This document shows positions 37,139 through 47,979 of a stretch of 64,000 nucleotides of DNA, in pieces. The position numbers and the translations under genes are program-made. The stretch covers positions 672,001-736,000 of the forward strand of contig CAVVLO010000002.1 of NCBI GenBank assembly GCA_963749155.1. The letters are read 5' to 3'. The stretch is from an uncultured Armatimonadia bacterium. GTDB taxonomy: Bacteria; Armatimonadota; Zipacnadia; CAVVLO01. The first letter of the stretch is position 1. Every line of letters starts with the position of its first letter. Under the pieces are notes generated by a model, which was given only the letters and a program-made list of their open reading frames with translations, was not told where the DNA came from and did no database searches.

Positions 37139-40027
37139 ATGAAGCCTGTCCAGATACTGCTAATTACGGTTTTGCTGCTTGGAGCGCTCGCGCTGCAGGT
37201 GGCAGCCCAAGGCGAAGGTGGCACGATGAGTTTCTCGACTGACTATGCAAGCTGGATTATCAGCCCGGACGGCAAGGCCCTCAGCCTCCTTGATAAAGCC
37301 TCAGGGCAGGATTATGCCGGCCAGCCAGCCCATCCGATTGCCGTGGTGCGAGTCGCCGGCACAGACTGGTTTGCCACATCAGCTTCCTTTGACCAGGGCA
37401 AGCTTACCGTTGGCTTCGGCGAGTCGGGCATCAAAATGGTGCTTGGACTACGTGAGCGCGCTCATTATGTGATGGCCGAGGTGATCTCGGTCGAAGGCGA
37501 GGGCATCGAGCAACTCACTTTCGTAGGTATCCCCACCCGGCTGACGGGCGATGTCGCGGAGCCCTTCTCCGTGTGCGCACTGGCGCTTAATCTGCAGACC
37601 AATGTGACTCCCTTGCCTGGCCAGATGACCTGGCTGCAGGCTCTGTGTTATCCGCGCTTTGGCCTTGTCGGCGCGAAGGTGGCCCTTATCGCCTGCCCAA
37701 CCGCCGAACTGCGTAACGTGATGAAAGAGGCCGTCACTGACGCGCCCGACCTGCCTCATAGCCCAATCGGCGGCCCCTGGGCCCTCGATGCGCCCGGCAA
37801 CCGGGAATCCTATTTCTTCAACTTCGGCGACCTGACCGAAGAGACCGTGGACGAGTGGATAGGACTTGCGCATAACCTCGGCATCACCCAGATAGACTTC
37901 CACGGTGGCGGGTCCTTCAGGTTCGGCGATTGCAAGCCCAACCCGACGATGTACCCCAACGGACGCGCCAGTATGAAGGCGGTCATCGACAAGTTGCACG
38001 CAGCAGGCATCAAGGCCGGCTTGCACACCTATGCGCATTTCATCTCGCCCGATTGTCCCTGGATAACTCCTGTCCCAAGCAAAGACCTCGCCAAGATTTC
38101 GACCTACACTCTGACTACAGGCCTTGGGGAGACGGACCTCGAGCTGGCGGTGGATGAATCCACCGAGCAAATCTCAACTGTCGTCGGTTTCTTCATCCGC
38201 AACAGCCTCATCCTGCAGGTGGATGATGAGCTGATGCGTTTTGAGAGCGCGACCAAAGAGGCGCCTTTCACTTTCAAACTGACCGAACGTGGCGCCTTTG
38301 GGACGAAGGTTGCGGCCCATGAAGCGGGCGCCAGAGTCCATCATCTCATGCAATGCTTCTTCCTCTTCGCGCCCGATGGCGATTCGCCCTTGCTCGAGGA
38401 AGTCGCAGCGACAACGGCCGATTTTTACAACGAATGTGGCTTCGATATGATTTACCTCGACGCGCTCGATGGCGAAGACGTGCTCGGTGGGTGGGAGAAC
38501 GCCTGGCATTACGGCTCCAAGTTTACTTTCGAGATAGTAAAACGCCTTAATAAAGCGCCGATTATGGAGATGAGCACCTTCCATCATCATCTCTGGTATG
38601 TCCGCGCGCGGATGGGCGCCTGGGATCACCCCACGCGCGCCTACAAGACCTTCGTGGATTTACACTGCGAGTCCAACAAGGGCTGCGACAAGATGTTCCT
38701 GCCTGCTCACCTCGGCTGGTGGCGGACTATTATGACCCCCGATTTCCAGCAGGAAAGGACTTATCCGGATGATGCAGAGTATCTGCTGGCCAAGTGCGCC
38801 GCGCATCAGTGCGGGCTTTCGCCGCAGGAGTTCACTCCCGCCACTTACGCCGCCTCAGCTTATCTGCAGCGTATAGGGAACCTCTACAAGAACTGGGAGG
38901 AGCTGCGGCTAGCTGGTTTCTTTACACCCGAACTGTGCGCGAAGCTCGCTGTGCCTGATTCGGATTTCTCGCTGACCACCAACGCCGCAGGGCAACCTGC
39001 GGTGCGCGAGATGGAATATGTAAAACACAAGGTCGAGGGTAACGCTCACCCGACTTCTACCTGGACTGTCTCCAACCAGTTCGAGGGTCAGCCTGTGAAA
39101 CTGCGCATTGAGGCCTTGCTCTCGGCCGGCGCGTATGATTCGCCCGAAGCGGTCACCCTGACAGATTTTAGTGATCCTGCCTGGTTCGCCGAAAGGGGCT
39201 CCTCAGCGGGAGTCCAGTATAATCTGACCACCTCGACCGAACAGGTAAAAACCGGCGCAGCCAGTGGACTTTTCGCCGCGGACTCGCCCCCCGTCAGCGA
39301 AGTGACGGATGCCAAGAGTCATCAAGTTTCTCCTCTCTCGAGCACGGTCAGCGCGCAGTCGAGGGCACGCCTCTGCATTGTTACCTGGGCGCCGAATTTG
39401 CCCCCTTGAAAGATCTGTCGGGCAAGACGGCACTTGGGGTCTGGGTGTATGGCGATGGTCAGGGCGAGGTGCTAAACCTGCAACTGCTCAGTCCCCACTA
39501 TATGATGAGTGGTTATTGCGACCGCTATATCATCGTAGACTTCACCGGCTGGCGCTATTTCGAGCTGATAGAATCCGAAGGCGATCGGGCCGAGACGCTG
39601 GCCTGGCCCTATAGTGGCAATGTCTATGCGATGTACAGAGAGACCATAACGCCTGCCGCTATAGAGCGCATGCGGCTTTGGTACAACCTGCTGCCTCCGG
39701 CGAGACAGGGCCGAGTGTTATCTCAGCCCTATCAAGGCACTGCCTCTGGCAAAAGAGAAGGTCGCCCATCCCACGGTGACCATCAACGGGCAGCGACTTA
39801 CCTTCCCCATCGAGTTGCCTACAGGTTGCTGGCTGGAATACAACGGCCTGGACGACTGCAAGGCCTACGATGAGGTTGGCAATCTCCTTGCCGAAGTGAA
39901 GCCCTTTGGCGAAGCGCCTGAACTCAAAGCGGGAGAAAACACCTTCGAGTTCGAATGCGCGCCCCTCGAAAGTGGCCTGAATCCGAGGGCGCTTGTGACC
40001 GTAAACTGCGAAGGACCAATACTCTAG
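37139..40027 (+). CDS. Large secreted hypothetical protein, probable glycoside-hydrolase-like (frameshifts near 39340 and 39700)
   Basis: Signal peptide; VIDKLHAAGIKAGLHTY and GFDMIYLDALD barrel-like strands; carbohydrate-binding-like DLSGKTALGVWVYGDG...VDFTGWRYFEL. Confidence 0.65.
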
Positions 40028-40040
40028 ATACAAGCTGCGG

Positions 40041-40069
40041 TTGACGTATACCACCCACGGCGGTAAGAT
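40041..40069 (+). promoter_or_regulatory. Sigma70 promoter of tRNA-Pro
   Basis: TTGACG-N17-TAAGAT. Confidence 0.7.
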
Positions 40070-40100
40070 TGCCGCCGGCGATAACCTGATATCGCCAGGT

Positions 40101-40178
40101 CGGGGCGTAGCGCAGCTTGGTTAGCGCGCGTGCCTTGGGAGCACGAGGTCGCCAGTTCAAATCTGGCCGCCCCGACCA
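40101..40178 (+). tRNA. tRNA-Pro(TGG)
   Basis: Acceptor CGGGGCG/CGCCCCG, anticodon arm CGTGC-CTTGGGA-GCACG, GTTCAAAT, encoded CCA. Confidence 0.97.
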
Positions 40179-40204
40179 GCCTTCTTCCTTCGCTGGAGGC
40201 CCTG

Positions 40205-42307
40205 ATGCGCTATATTCTCCTTGTGATGATCCTGATTGGGCTCTTCCTAGCTCAGACTCTTGTCGCCTCAGCCGATGAGAAAACAGACTATCCTCGCCTG
40301 GCCAACCTGTGGGGGATGAACTTCTGGAGCCTGCCAGAGATGACTCCAGCTGACTACGACGCCTGGGCCAGATATGACCTGCTGATAACTGCTGGGGGTT
40401 CTGTTGACCAGTGGAAGCAACTGCGCGCCGAGTTGGACAAACGCCATCCGGGAATCAAGCTGCTGCAGACTGCTCCGCTAAATAACATCGAATATGATCC
40501 CCCCTGGCTGAACACCGAGCTTTACCTTAGACGTCCTGATGGCACCCGGTATCGCTGGTGGGCCGACCAGATCAGTATCCCCAATATCCTGCTGGACGAG
40601 TGCTTCGAAGCCATCATCGCCGAGATCGAGAAAGACGCCGCCCCCTATGTCGACTCGGGACTCTGCAACGGGCTGTTCTTCGACAGCGTGGTACCGGCGC
40701 TCTCCTTCTGGGGTGATACCGATGCCAACCTCGATGGTGTAGCCGACGGCGCCACACTTGATGAAGCCTGGCAGGCGCGCCAGAACGAGGTCTTCGCGCG
40801 TGTGAGAGAGCGCTTCCCAGGTATAGTACTGATGGCTAACGATGTCGATTTGAACCACGGTGAGCAGCTAAAGGGACGCCTCTTCGAAGGCGGCACACTT
40901 TTCGACCGCGCGGCAGAAGGTCGGCTTTCGGTAGGCGAAGTCGTGCGCGCTTTGGGCAAGTTTGAAGGCGCAATGCGCCAGCCGACAACCAACTTTACCT
41001 TGATGAGTCATCCTCTCGGCTGGCAAGGCTGGCGAGTTGGCCTGGCAGCCAAAAGTCATAGGCCAGGCGATGTGCCCCTGGTGCTGCGCGACTTCCGCAG
41101 GATGCGTCTTGGACTGGCTCTCAGCTTGATGGGTGACACCTTTTACGCTTATGATTTCGGCACCACTTATTACGGCCTTCGCACCTGGTATGCCGAATTC
41201 GATGCGCCCCTCGGCAAGCCGCTGGCACCCGCTGAAAAACTCTACCCCTTCGGCAAAACGCCGGAAAAAGTCGTCTTCGAGTGGCAGGCGGGCCAGCCGG
41301 CGACCGGATTCCGGATGGATGAATTCGTGCAAGCGAGACGCCCTGAAGGGCTGGAAGTAACCATAACCGACTCACCTCCCGACCAGTGGCATAATCCGCT
41401 CTCGACCGATCCTGTAAAAGTCTCACTTGCGCCTGGGAAGACTTACCACGTCCAGGTAGAAGCGCTAGTGCCTCCTCAGCCCAGACCCGCGTGGGCTGTG
41501 ACGGTCAGGACACCCACCGGCGGCTGGCAACATCATGACAAGGGTTATCATCCACTGGATTACCGCACCGCCGAGGCCCTGACCTCGGGCACGAGCCGCG
41601 AGTGGAAGGTGGATACCCTTGTCACGCTGGACGACTTCAGCGACTATTCGGTCCAATGGCATCTCCTCGCCAACGGTACGCTGACCGTCACGAGCCTGCG
41701 CATAAGCGAGGCTCCCGAGGAGTGCTGGCAGCGGCGTTTCGAGGGCGGGCGTGTGCTGGTGAACGCCACAGCGCAACCGGTAACTCTAGCGCTGCCCAGA
41801 CCTCTACGCAAAGTCAAAGATGACGCTGCGCCGCGTTATACACTGCAACTCGACAACAACGAGGCAGGCTTCTCCTGCACCGGAGAATGGGGCTGGGCAG
41901 CACCCGAGGTCAGCTTCCTGGGCACAGACTTCCGCACAGCCGAGGGGCAGGGCAAGCTGGCAAAGTGGACCTTTACCGCCCCCAGCACTGACACTTATAC
42001 TCTTCTCAGTTAACCTGCCCGGTGGCGAGGACTTACACCGAAGCGCGCCCTTTACAGCCTCGAAGGGCTCGCAGACGCGCCGGTCGTCGCAGTCGACCAG
42101 GCCGCAGGCGATGGCGGCTGGAAGCAGCTCTTCCAGGTGCCTCTAACCAGGGGCCAGCGTTACAGTGTTATGCTGCGCAGTGGCCGAAAAGGGCTGACCT
42201 TCGCCGATAGCCTGCTTGTTGAAAGCGCTGCTCGGTACAATGATGGCGCGCTTGTGAACCAGGTCGAGCTGGCCCCGCTGGATGCCGTCGTGTTGGTGAA
42301 TCCATAA
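40205..42307 (+). CDS. Secreted putative glycoside hydrolase (GHL15-like) with C-terminal golvesin-like module; frameshifts after about 42005
   Basis: Signal peptide; WARYDLLI, GLFFDS, WYAEFDAPLGKPL, WQRRFEGGRVLVNAT, LDNNEAGFSCTGEW. Confidence 0.6.
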
Positions 42308-42308
42308 C

Positions 42309-43385
42309 CTAAGCGCGCCCTGTCCAGTAGTCTCGGACCTCTTCGCAGGCCGCCATCAGGGCCTCGAGGTTCTCCATCGGCACGTCAGGATACATATCAT
42401 AGGCGATGATGAGCCCGCCATGCGGGCTACCGAGTTTCAGGGCTATCTCCCTGATATGGTCGCGCACCTCGGCAGGTGTGCCATACGGCAATTGATATTG
42501 TCTGTCCACGCTGACGATGAGGCACATCCGCCCCTTCAGCAACCTGGCTGTCGTGTCCACTCCCATACAGTTGATCTGCATGTTGAAGGCTGTCAGCCCC
42601 GCCTCGAGGAACTCCTCCCACAGGTCCACCGTGTGGCCGTCCGAGTGCTGACCTGTCAGCGCGCCATACTGCTTGCACAGGGCGTACATCCGCGTATAAC
42701 CGGGCTTGAAATAGCGGCGGAAGGTCTGCGGGCTGATGAGGCAACGGTCCTGGCAGCCCCAGTCATCGCCAAACATCACCAGGTCCACGGGCGAGGAGAT
42801 GCGCAGCACCTGTTCGAGGTAGCGCATATTGTAGTCCAGCACCAACTGGACAATCTCGTCCATCTCCGGTGTCTCTTCGGCCATATCGGCGAGGGCGTTT
42901 ACCATCCCGCGCAGGAAGTGGACCCGCTCGAAGAAGCGCTCTCCACCCACCGTGACCATCCCGCCAGCCGCCCTTGCAGCGTTGCAGGCGGCGGCGACAG
43001 CGCCCCAGTTGTGCTCGCCTCGCTCGCTGTATTTCAGCGGGTCGGGCGCCCGGTAGTGGCGCAGATGGCGGATGTCAGCGAGCGGGTGCTCCTTGATAAG
43101 GCCTTCCATCCCATGGCGCAGGGCGTGCCAAAGGCAGCCCCAGTTGTCGAGATACTCCTCATCGGCGCGATAACCGGGTGCGACCAGGGCGTCGTAGTCA
43201 GTCCCGCGCTGCGGCACCCAGCCGACCTGCCCAGGATATTTCTCCAGCAGGGGAATAAGATCGTCGCCGTAACGCAGCCAGGTGGCCATCGAGAGGCTGC
43301 CCCAGATGGGGATCTCCCCTGTACCTGTATTGGTCATTGTAGCGCGAAGCTTCTGTCCGGCAGTGCGAGTGTCAGCCTGGGTCAT
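42309..43385 (-). CDS. Uroporphyrinogen decarboxylase / MtaA-CmuA methyltransferase family protein
   Basis: DNWGCLW, FERVHFLRGM, FGDDWGCQ, ISPQTFRRYFKP, HSDG, PDVPMENLEA. Confidence 0.85.
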   Translation of the reverse strand: MTQADTRTAGQKLRATMTNTGTGEIPIWGSLSMATWLRYGDDLIPLLEKYPGQVGWVPQRGTDYDALVAPGYRADEEYLDNWGCLWHALRHGMEGLIKEHPLADIRHLRHYRAPDPLKYSERGEHNWGAVAAACNAARAAGGMVTVGGERFFERVHFLRGMVNALADMAEETPEMDEIVQLVLDYNMRYLEQVLRISSPVDLVMFGDDWGCQDRCLISPQTFRRYFKPGYTRMYALCKQYGALTGQHSDGHTVDLWEEFLEAGLTAFNMQINCMGVDTTARLLKGRMCLIVSVDRQYQLPYGTPAEVRDHIREIALKLGSPHGGLIIAYDMYPDVPMENLEALMAACEEVRDYWTGRA

Positions 43386-45130
43386 TGGACTGGTTCCTCC
43401 GGTACGGGCTTGCCTGTGTTGAGCGAGAGCAATTGGCCTTCCCAGCCTTGCTGCCTCATTGTCGCATCGAAGACCATCACACCTAATTCTCGCGGGTCGG
43501 GATTGGCAGGGGTGACCACAGCCGGTATCCACGACTTCACGCGAAACTCCAATACAACTTCGTCGCCCTCTTGCGGTGGTATGGAGAAGGTAACCAATCC
43601 AGAGTATGGTTTCTCGAGTGCCGCGACTTTCTTGCCTGCGAGGAAGATGCCCCCTTCGGGGCTGACCGCAAATTCCGGCAGCATCAGGTTGAGGGTCAGC
43701 TCGTAGGCTTTACCTCTTTCCACCGGCAGAAGCAGCCTGGGCGACTTGCCCGACCACCGGGCATGCTCCTTCGCCATCGCCGGACCACGACCGTGCCAGC
43801 CAGTGAGATACGGGGTGTCTCCCCTGGCCCCAATAGCCAGGCTGTAACCCGTGAGCAGCGCCTCGGTAAGGACTGGGGCGGGGCTGAGGTTGTCTGTGAC
43901 CAGCGCAAGCGATCCGGCCTGGTTTTCCACGAGGAAGGAATCTGTGCCCAGGTTGCCACTGACAATTGCGTTGGTCATACCCTCCCCGATCCTGACGGCC
44001 AGGCGCCCTTCGCCAAAAGTGTTTCCCTGGATCTGTGCGATGCCCTGGCGCAGGTCTACTCCCGGGGCATCGGTCGCGCCATTGTCCCAGTTGGCGAAAT
44101 TGCTGCTTGAAATCGAAAGCTGGCCGTTGGGGCTGTCGAGTCGCACGCACTCGCTGATTGGGCCGAAGGTTACGCAGTTTACCAGCGTGACCTTGCCGGC
44201 AACCTTCGGGCCGATATCCACCGCTATAGAATCGGTCGAGCCCCATCGCCCGACGAAGATGCCATTGGTGATGGCAATCCCACTGCTGGCTTCGATTTTG
44301 AGAGCGGCCTGGGAGCAGTCGGCGCCGATATTGACATAAGTGCCATTGCCCCCGCCTGCGCCCGCGTCGCTGAATTTGAAGCCGGTGCCATAGCCAAAGC
44401 AGAAGCAGTTGGAACAATTCTGCCAGTCAGTGCGAGCGAACTCGAAACCCACCCCGTTCTGGTTGATCCAGGCGCAGTAGGGATCGTCGGGCTTGTAGTT
44501 CACACCGAAGGGCCAGAAATGCACGTTCTCGACCCGCCCCACATCATAGCAATGGTCTATAAACAAGCCGCGCCAGGCGGGATAACCTGTCACGTTGCGC
44601 ACCAGATGCCTGCCCGCGTAGACCAGCTTGATAGCCTCATAAGGATTGAGCAATAGACAATCGAGGATAGCCGTGTTGTCGGCCCCGCCGCGCACCTCGA
44701 CACAAGGAGGATAAGGCGTTGGCGGCGCTTCGTAGGGCGCCTCGGGGTATTTCACGATTACACCTTTCAAAGTTGCGGCCGATCCACCCAGGGTGATGAA
44801 GGCCGGCCCTTCCTGAGAGCCTTTGCCGGCGTAGGCGAGCAAGATGGAGCCCTTCGTCGGGCTGGTAGGCGCGGTTCGGGCGACTCCCTCCAGTGTGACG
44901 AAGGCTGGGATGCGCAGGTTGCCCTTTATTGCCCAGACGCCAGCGGGCACCTCGACAAGGCCCCCTTCTCCGGCAGCGGCCTGAAGCGCCTGCTGGAAGG
45001 CGGCAGTGCAGTCGGTTTCGCCATCTGGCACCGCTCCGAAGTCGCTGACTGACAGGTTTGCGCTCAAGCCTCGGCGCCAGGACTGTCAAAGTCACAAGCA
45101 AGACCAAAGGCCCTGTCTGTGCAGATTCAT
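43382..45130 (-). CDS. Right-handed beta-helix protein (Pectate_lyase_3 / GH28-related); signal peptide region frameshifted
   Basis: VSDFGAVPDGETDCTAAFQQAL, RVENVHFWP, FEFARTDW; probable ATG at 45130. Confidence 0.8.
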
Positions 45131-45166
45131 TCCAGGTACTCCCTATACTCGATGAGATTCGCCCAG

Positions 45167-45193
45167 TTTCGCGACAGTCAGGGCCAGTCCTGC
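45167..45193 (-). promoter_or_regulatory. SigH-like promoter motif
   Basis: Minus strand GCAGGA-N17-GAAA; a looser plus-strand GCAGGA-N19-GAAT lies at 45192-45220. Confidence 0.5.
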
Positions 45194-45280
45194 AGGAAGG
45201 CAGACCTGCCCTCAGCGAATCTGGATAGTTACCTTATTCTGCTGAGGGACGCCTGCGCGCCCCTGGCCTGGAGGCACAGA

Positions 45281-47462
45281 GTGCATAAAATGATAATTAT
45301 CGGTTTTATACTTGTGCTACTTGCGACTCTCGTCGCTTTACCCACACTTGGAGATACTCGGACCCCGCCCCGCATCGTGGAGTTTCTTGGCGACCAGCCG
45401 ATGACGCGCGTTGGCCGGCCTTTCGTGATGCTGGCCTGCCTCGCCAATCCGGCCGATGTACCAGTAAGCGTCGTGGCGCGCCTGGTCGTGCCTGAAGGAG
45501 TGCAGGTCGAGGACGGCGCAGAGCGCCCACTGACCTTGCAACCCAGCGAGGAGATCAACCCTTCGCTGGACACTGGTCGCTTCCAAGCCTCTTTATGAAG
45601 AGGTTGTCCTCGAGGTTGCCGAAGGGGCAGCAGTTTTGGCGGCAGGACGCGTGCCCGTGCGTTTTTTGCCGGCGCTCGAGGTTACCAGTCCCGCGTATAT
45701 CCCCGAGCCTCAGCCGGTCACTACCAAGCTGCTTGTTGGCGCTCACAACTGCCCCCTTTGGGAAGCGGGTCGGCCCGAGATGTGGAGCCAGCTTGTCGAA
45801 GCACACCGAACGCACCCCGGCACTGGGCTTCTATGCCCAGGAGAACCCCGAGGTCGCCGACTGGGAGACCAAATGGGCCGTCAGAGCACGGGGTGGACTT
45901 CTTCATCTACTGCTGGTACCGCACCAGTCAGGGCGGCCCCGTGACCCAGCAATTCGGCAGCGCCATCGAAGCCCTCAAGCAGTCGCGTTTCAAGGCCAAC
46001 CTGCACTTCACGATTATGTGGGAGAACCAGTCGCGCGGCACTGGCGGGCGTGGCCGATGAGGCCGACCTGATGAACAACCTGCTGCCCTTCTGGATGGAC
46101 AACTACTTCAAGGATCCAGGCTACCTCAAGGTAGACAACAAGCCGGTGCTGTTCATCTATCGCCCCGAGTTTCTGGTGGATGACCTGGGCGGTGTCGAAC
46201 AGGTGCGCGCGGCTTTCGACAAGATGCGCCAGGCCTGCCGCGACGCTGGCTTCGAAGGGCTTGTGGCTGCTCGGTGAGTATCGCGGTCTGGACACCGCAT
46301 CATTTCGAGCTGATGAAGAGCCTTGGTCTCGATTACAGCTTCGCCTATTGCTGGCCCATCGGCTACAGTCCCAGTCCCCAGCAGGCTATCGATGCCCAGA
46401 TGGACTTCATCCAGACGACGGAGAAAATCAACATCCTCCCGCAAGTGGTGACGGTCTCGCAGGCCTGGAGCGGCTGGCGCGACGAGTGGAGCATCTGGAA
46501 GCTGCCTCCGACCGAGTTCGAGACGCTTCTCCGGCAGGCCAAGTCGGTAGTCGAAGCCTCTCCCGATGAGGGCCTGGGCAGCAAGCTGTTGCTACTGGAC
46601 AACTGGAACGAATGGGGCGAGGGACACTACCTCCTGCCCTACACTGAATACGGGTTTCGGTTATCTGGACGCCGTGCGGAAGGTCTTCTCGGACGCGCCA
46701 GAGCCTCATAGTGACCTGATTCCCGAGGATGTCGGGATGGGTCCATATGACACCGCCTACCGCACCTGGCTCGCAGAGCAAAGGGAGCTGCGTCAGATAA
46801 CCCATCAGCAGGTCTTTGGCCCTGGCGCCAAAGAAGCTGATGGGCTGGTCGGCTGGTGGCGTTTCGATGAGGAGGTCACTGGCAAAGTTGCGCTGGATAA
46901 TGCAGGCAACGGTCTGGGAGCGATGCTACGCGAGGCGACGCGCGCGCCAGGGCTCGTTGGGTCAGCCCTGGTATGCACCGGTGGCGGGGCTTTTGTGCCA
47001 GGCCAGTCTGGGCTCAACACTACAGTTGGCTTCACGGTCGAGTGCTGGGTAAAGACCGACCTGGCAGACCAGACCGATAAATGGATTGTCAACCGTATGT
47101 ATAACTCGGGCGAATCGGGCTTCCGCCTGGGCCTGGCCCAGGGCAACCTTACCTTCGCCGTGCCGCAGACAGGCTGGAGCCATCATCTCTCAACCGGAGT
47201 TCAACTGCCAATCGGGCGCTGGGTCCACCTGGCGGGCACTTTCGATGGCCAGGTCATACGCGCTTATATGGATGGCAAAGAGATCGGCGCACTCGACAGG
47301 CCTGGCGCAATGAACGGCAGCACTGAGCCACTGCACCTGGGCACCTATCAGCTCGGTCATAAGGCCTTTTACACTGGCCTGCTGGATGAAGTGCGTATCT
47401 GGAACAGGGCCCTGTCCCCTGAGGAACTGGCAGCTCACGTGGCAGATCCCACTGCTTTGTAG
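45281..47462 (+). CDS. Secreted GH99-like (WbsX-type) glycoside hydrolase with C-terminal LamG/ConA-like domain; multiple frameshifts
   Basis: HGVDFFIYCWY, YFKDPGYLKVDNKPVLFIY, NWNEWGEGHYL, then GLVGWWRFDE...WVHLAGTFDG...LDEVRIWNRAL. Confidence 0.75.
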
Positions 47463-47546
47463 CGGGTCTTCCCTCCGGCCCGGCAGTATGCTAATATCGC
47501 GCGCGGCCGGTCTTTGGCGGGACCGACCTAATAGTGCAGCAGGGGC

Positions 47547-47575
47547 TGGCAAAGCCTTTTCCGGGCTGCTATAAT
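47547..47575 (+). promoter_or_regulatory. Sigma70 promoter (extended -10) of the tRNA cluster
   Basis: TGGCAA-N17-TATAAT with TGn. Confidence 0.65.
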
Positions 47576-47586
47576 CGGCCTGCTCG

Positions 47587-47662
47587 GCGGCGGTAGCTCA
47601 ACTGGTAGAGCGGAAGCCTTCCAAGCTTCAGGTCGCGGGTTCAATCCCCGTCCGCCGCTCCA
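47587..47662 (+). tRNA. tRNA-Gly(TCC)
   Basis: GCGGCGG/CCGCCGC acceptor, GAAGC-CTTCCAA-GCTTC, GTTCAAT, CCA. Confidence 0.97.
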
Positions 47663-47667
47663 ACTGC

Positions 47668-47744
47668 GCGCCCGTAGCTCAGGTGGATAGAGCAGCTGCC
47701 TTCTAAGCAGCGGGTCGCGTGTTCGAGTCGCGCCGGGCGTGCCA
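47668..47744 (+). tRNA. tRNA-Arg(TCT)
   Basis: GCGCCCG/CGGGCGT acceptor, GCTGC-CTTCTAA-GCAGC, GTTCGAGT, CCA. Confidence 0.97.
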
Positions 47745-47751
47745 AACAAAT

Positions 47752-47828
47752 GGTGAGCGTAGCTCAATTGGCAGAGCGCTGGATTGTGGTTCCAGTGGTT
47801 GTGGGTTCAAGTCCCATCGTTCACCCCA
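47752..47828 (+). tRNA. tRNA-His(GTG)
   Basis: G-1, CTGGA-TTGTGGT-TCCAG, GTTCAAGT, CCCA end. Confidence 0.97.
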
Positions 47829-47840
47829 TCAACAGCAGGC

Positions 47841-47874
47841 AGGGCTGGGTCTCAGGACCCGGCCCTTTTGCTTT
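47841..47874 (+). terminator. Intrinsic terminator after the tRNA cluster
   Basis: AGGGCTGGGTC / GACCCGGCCCT stem then TTTGCTTT. Confidence 0.8.
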
Positions 47875-47944
47875 GGAACAGCTTTTCCTGTTCATATTTC
47901 TGGGCCAAACTCGAGTTTGCTAACCCTCTGAAAGTCCCTTTCCT

Positions 47945-47971
47945 GCAGGAAACCAGGCCTTCTGGCGGTAT
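47945..47971 (+). promoter_or_regulatory. SigH-like promoter motif
   Basis: GCAGGA-N17-GTAT. Confidence 0.35.
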
Positions 47972-47979
47972 ATAGGAGA

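Noticed and set aside
3983..43706. Long antisense ORFs (3983-5116, 30043-31263, 42420-43706 and others)
   Set aside because: They are shadow frames opposite well-supported genes, expected in high-GC DNA, and have no recognisable motifs
40101..47828. Genomic island integrated at tRNA-Pro or the tRNA cluster
   Set aside because: No integrase and no duplicated tRNA 3' end found by eye; composition resembles the flanks
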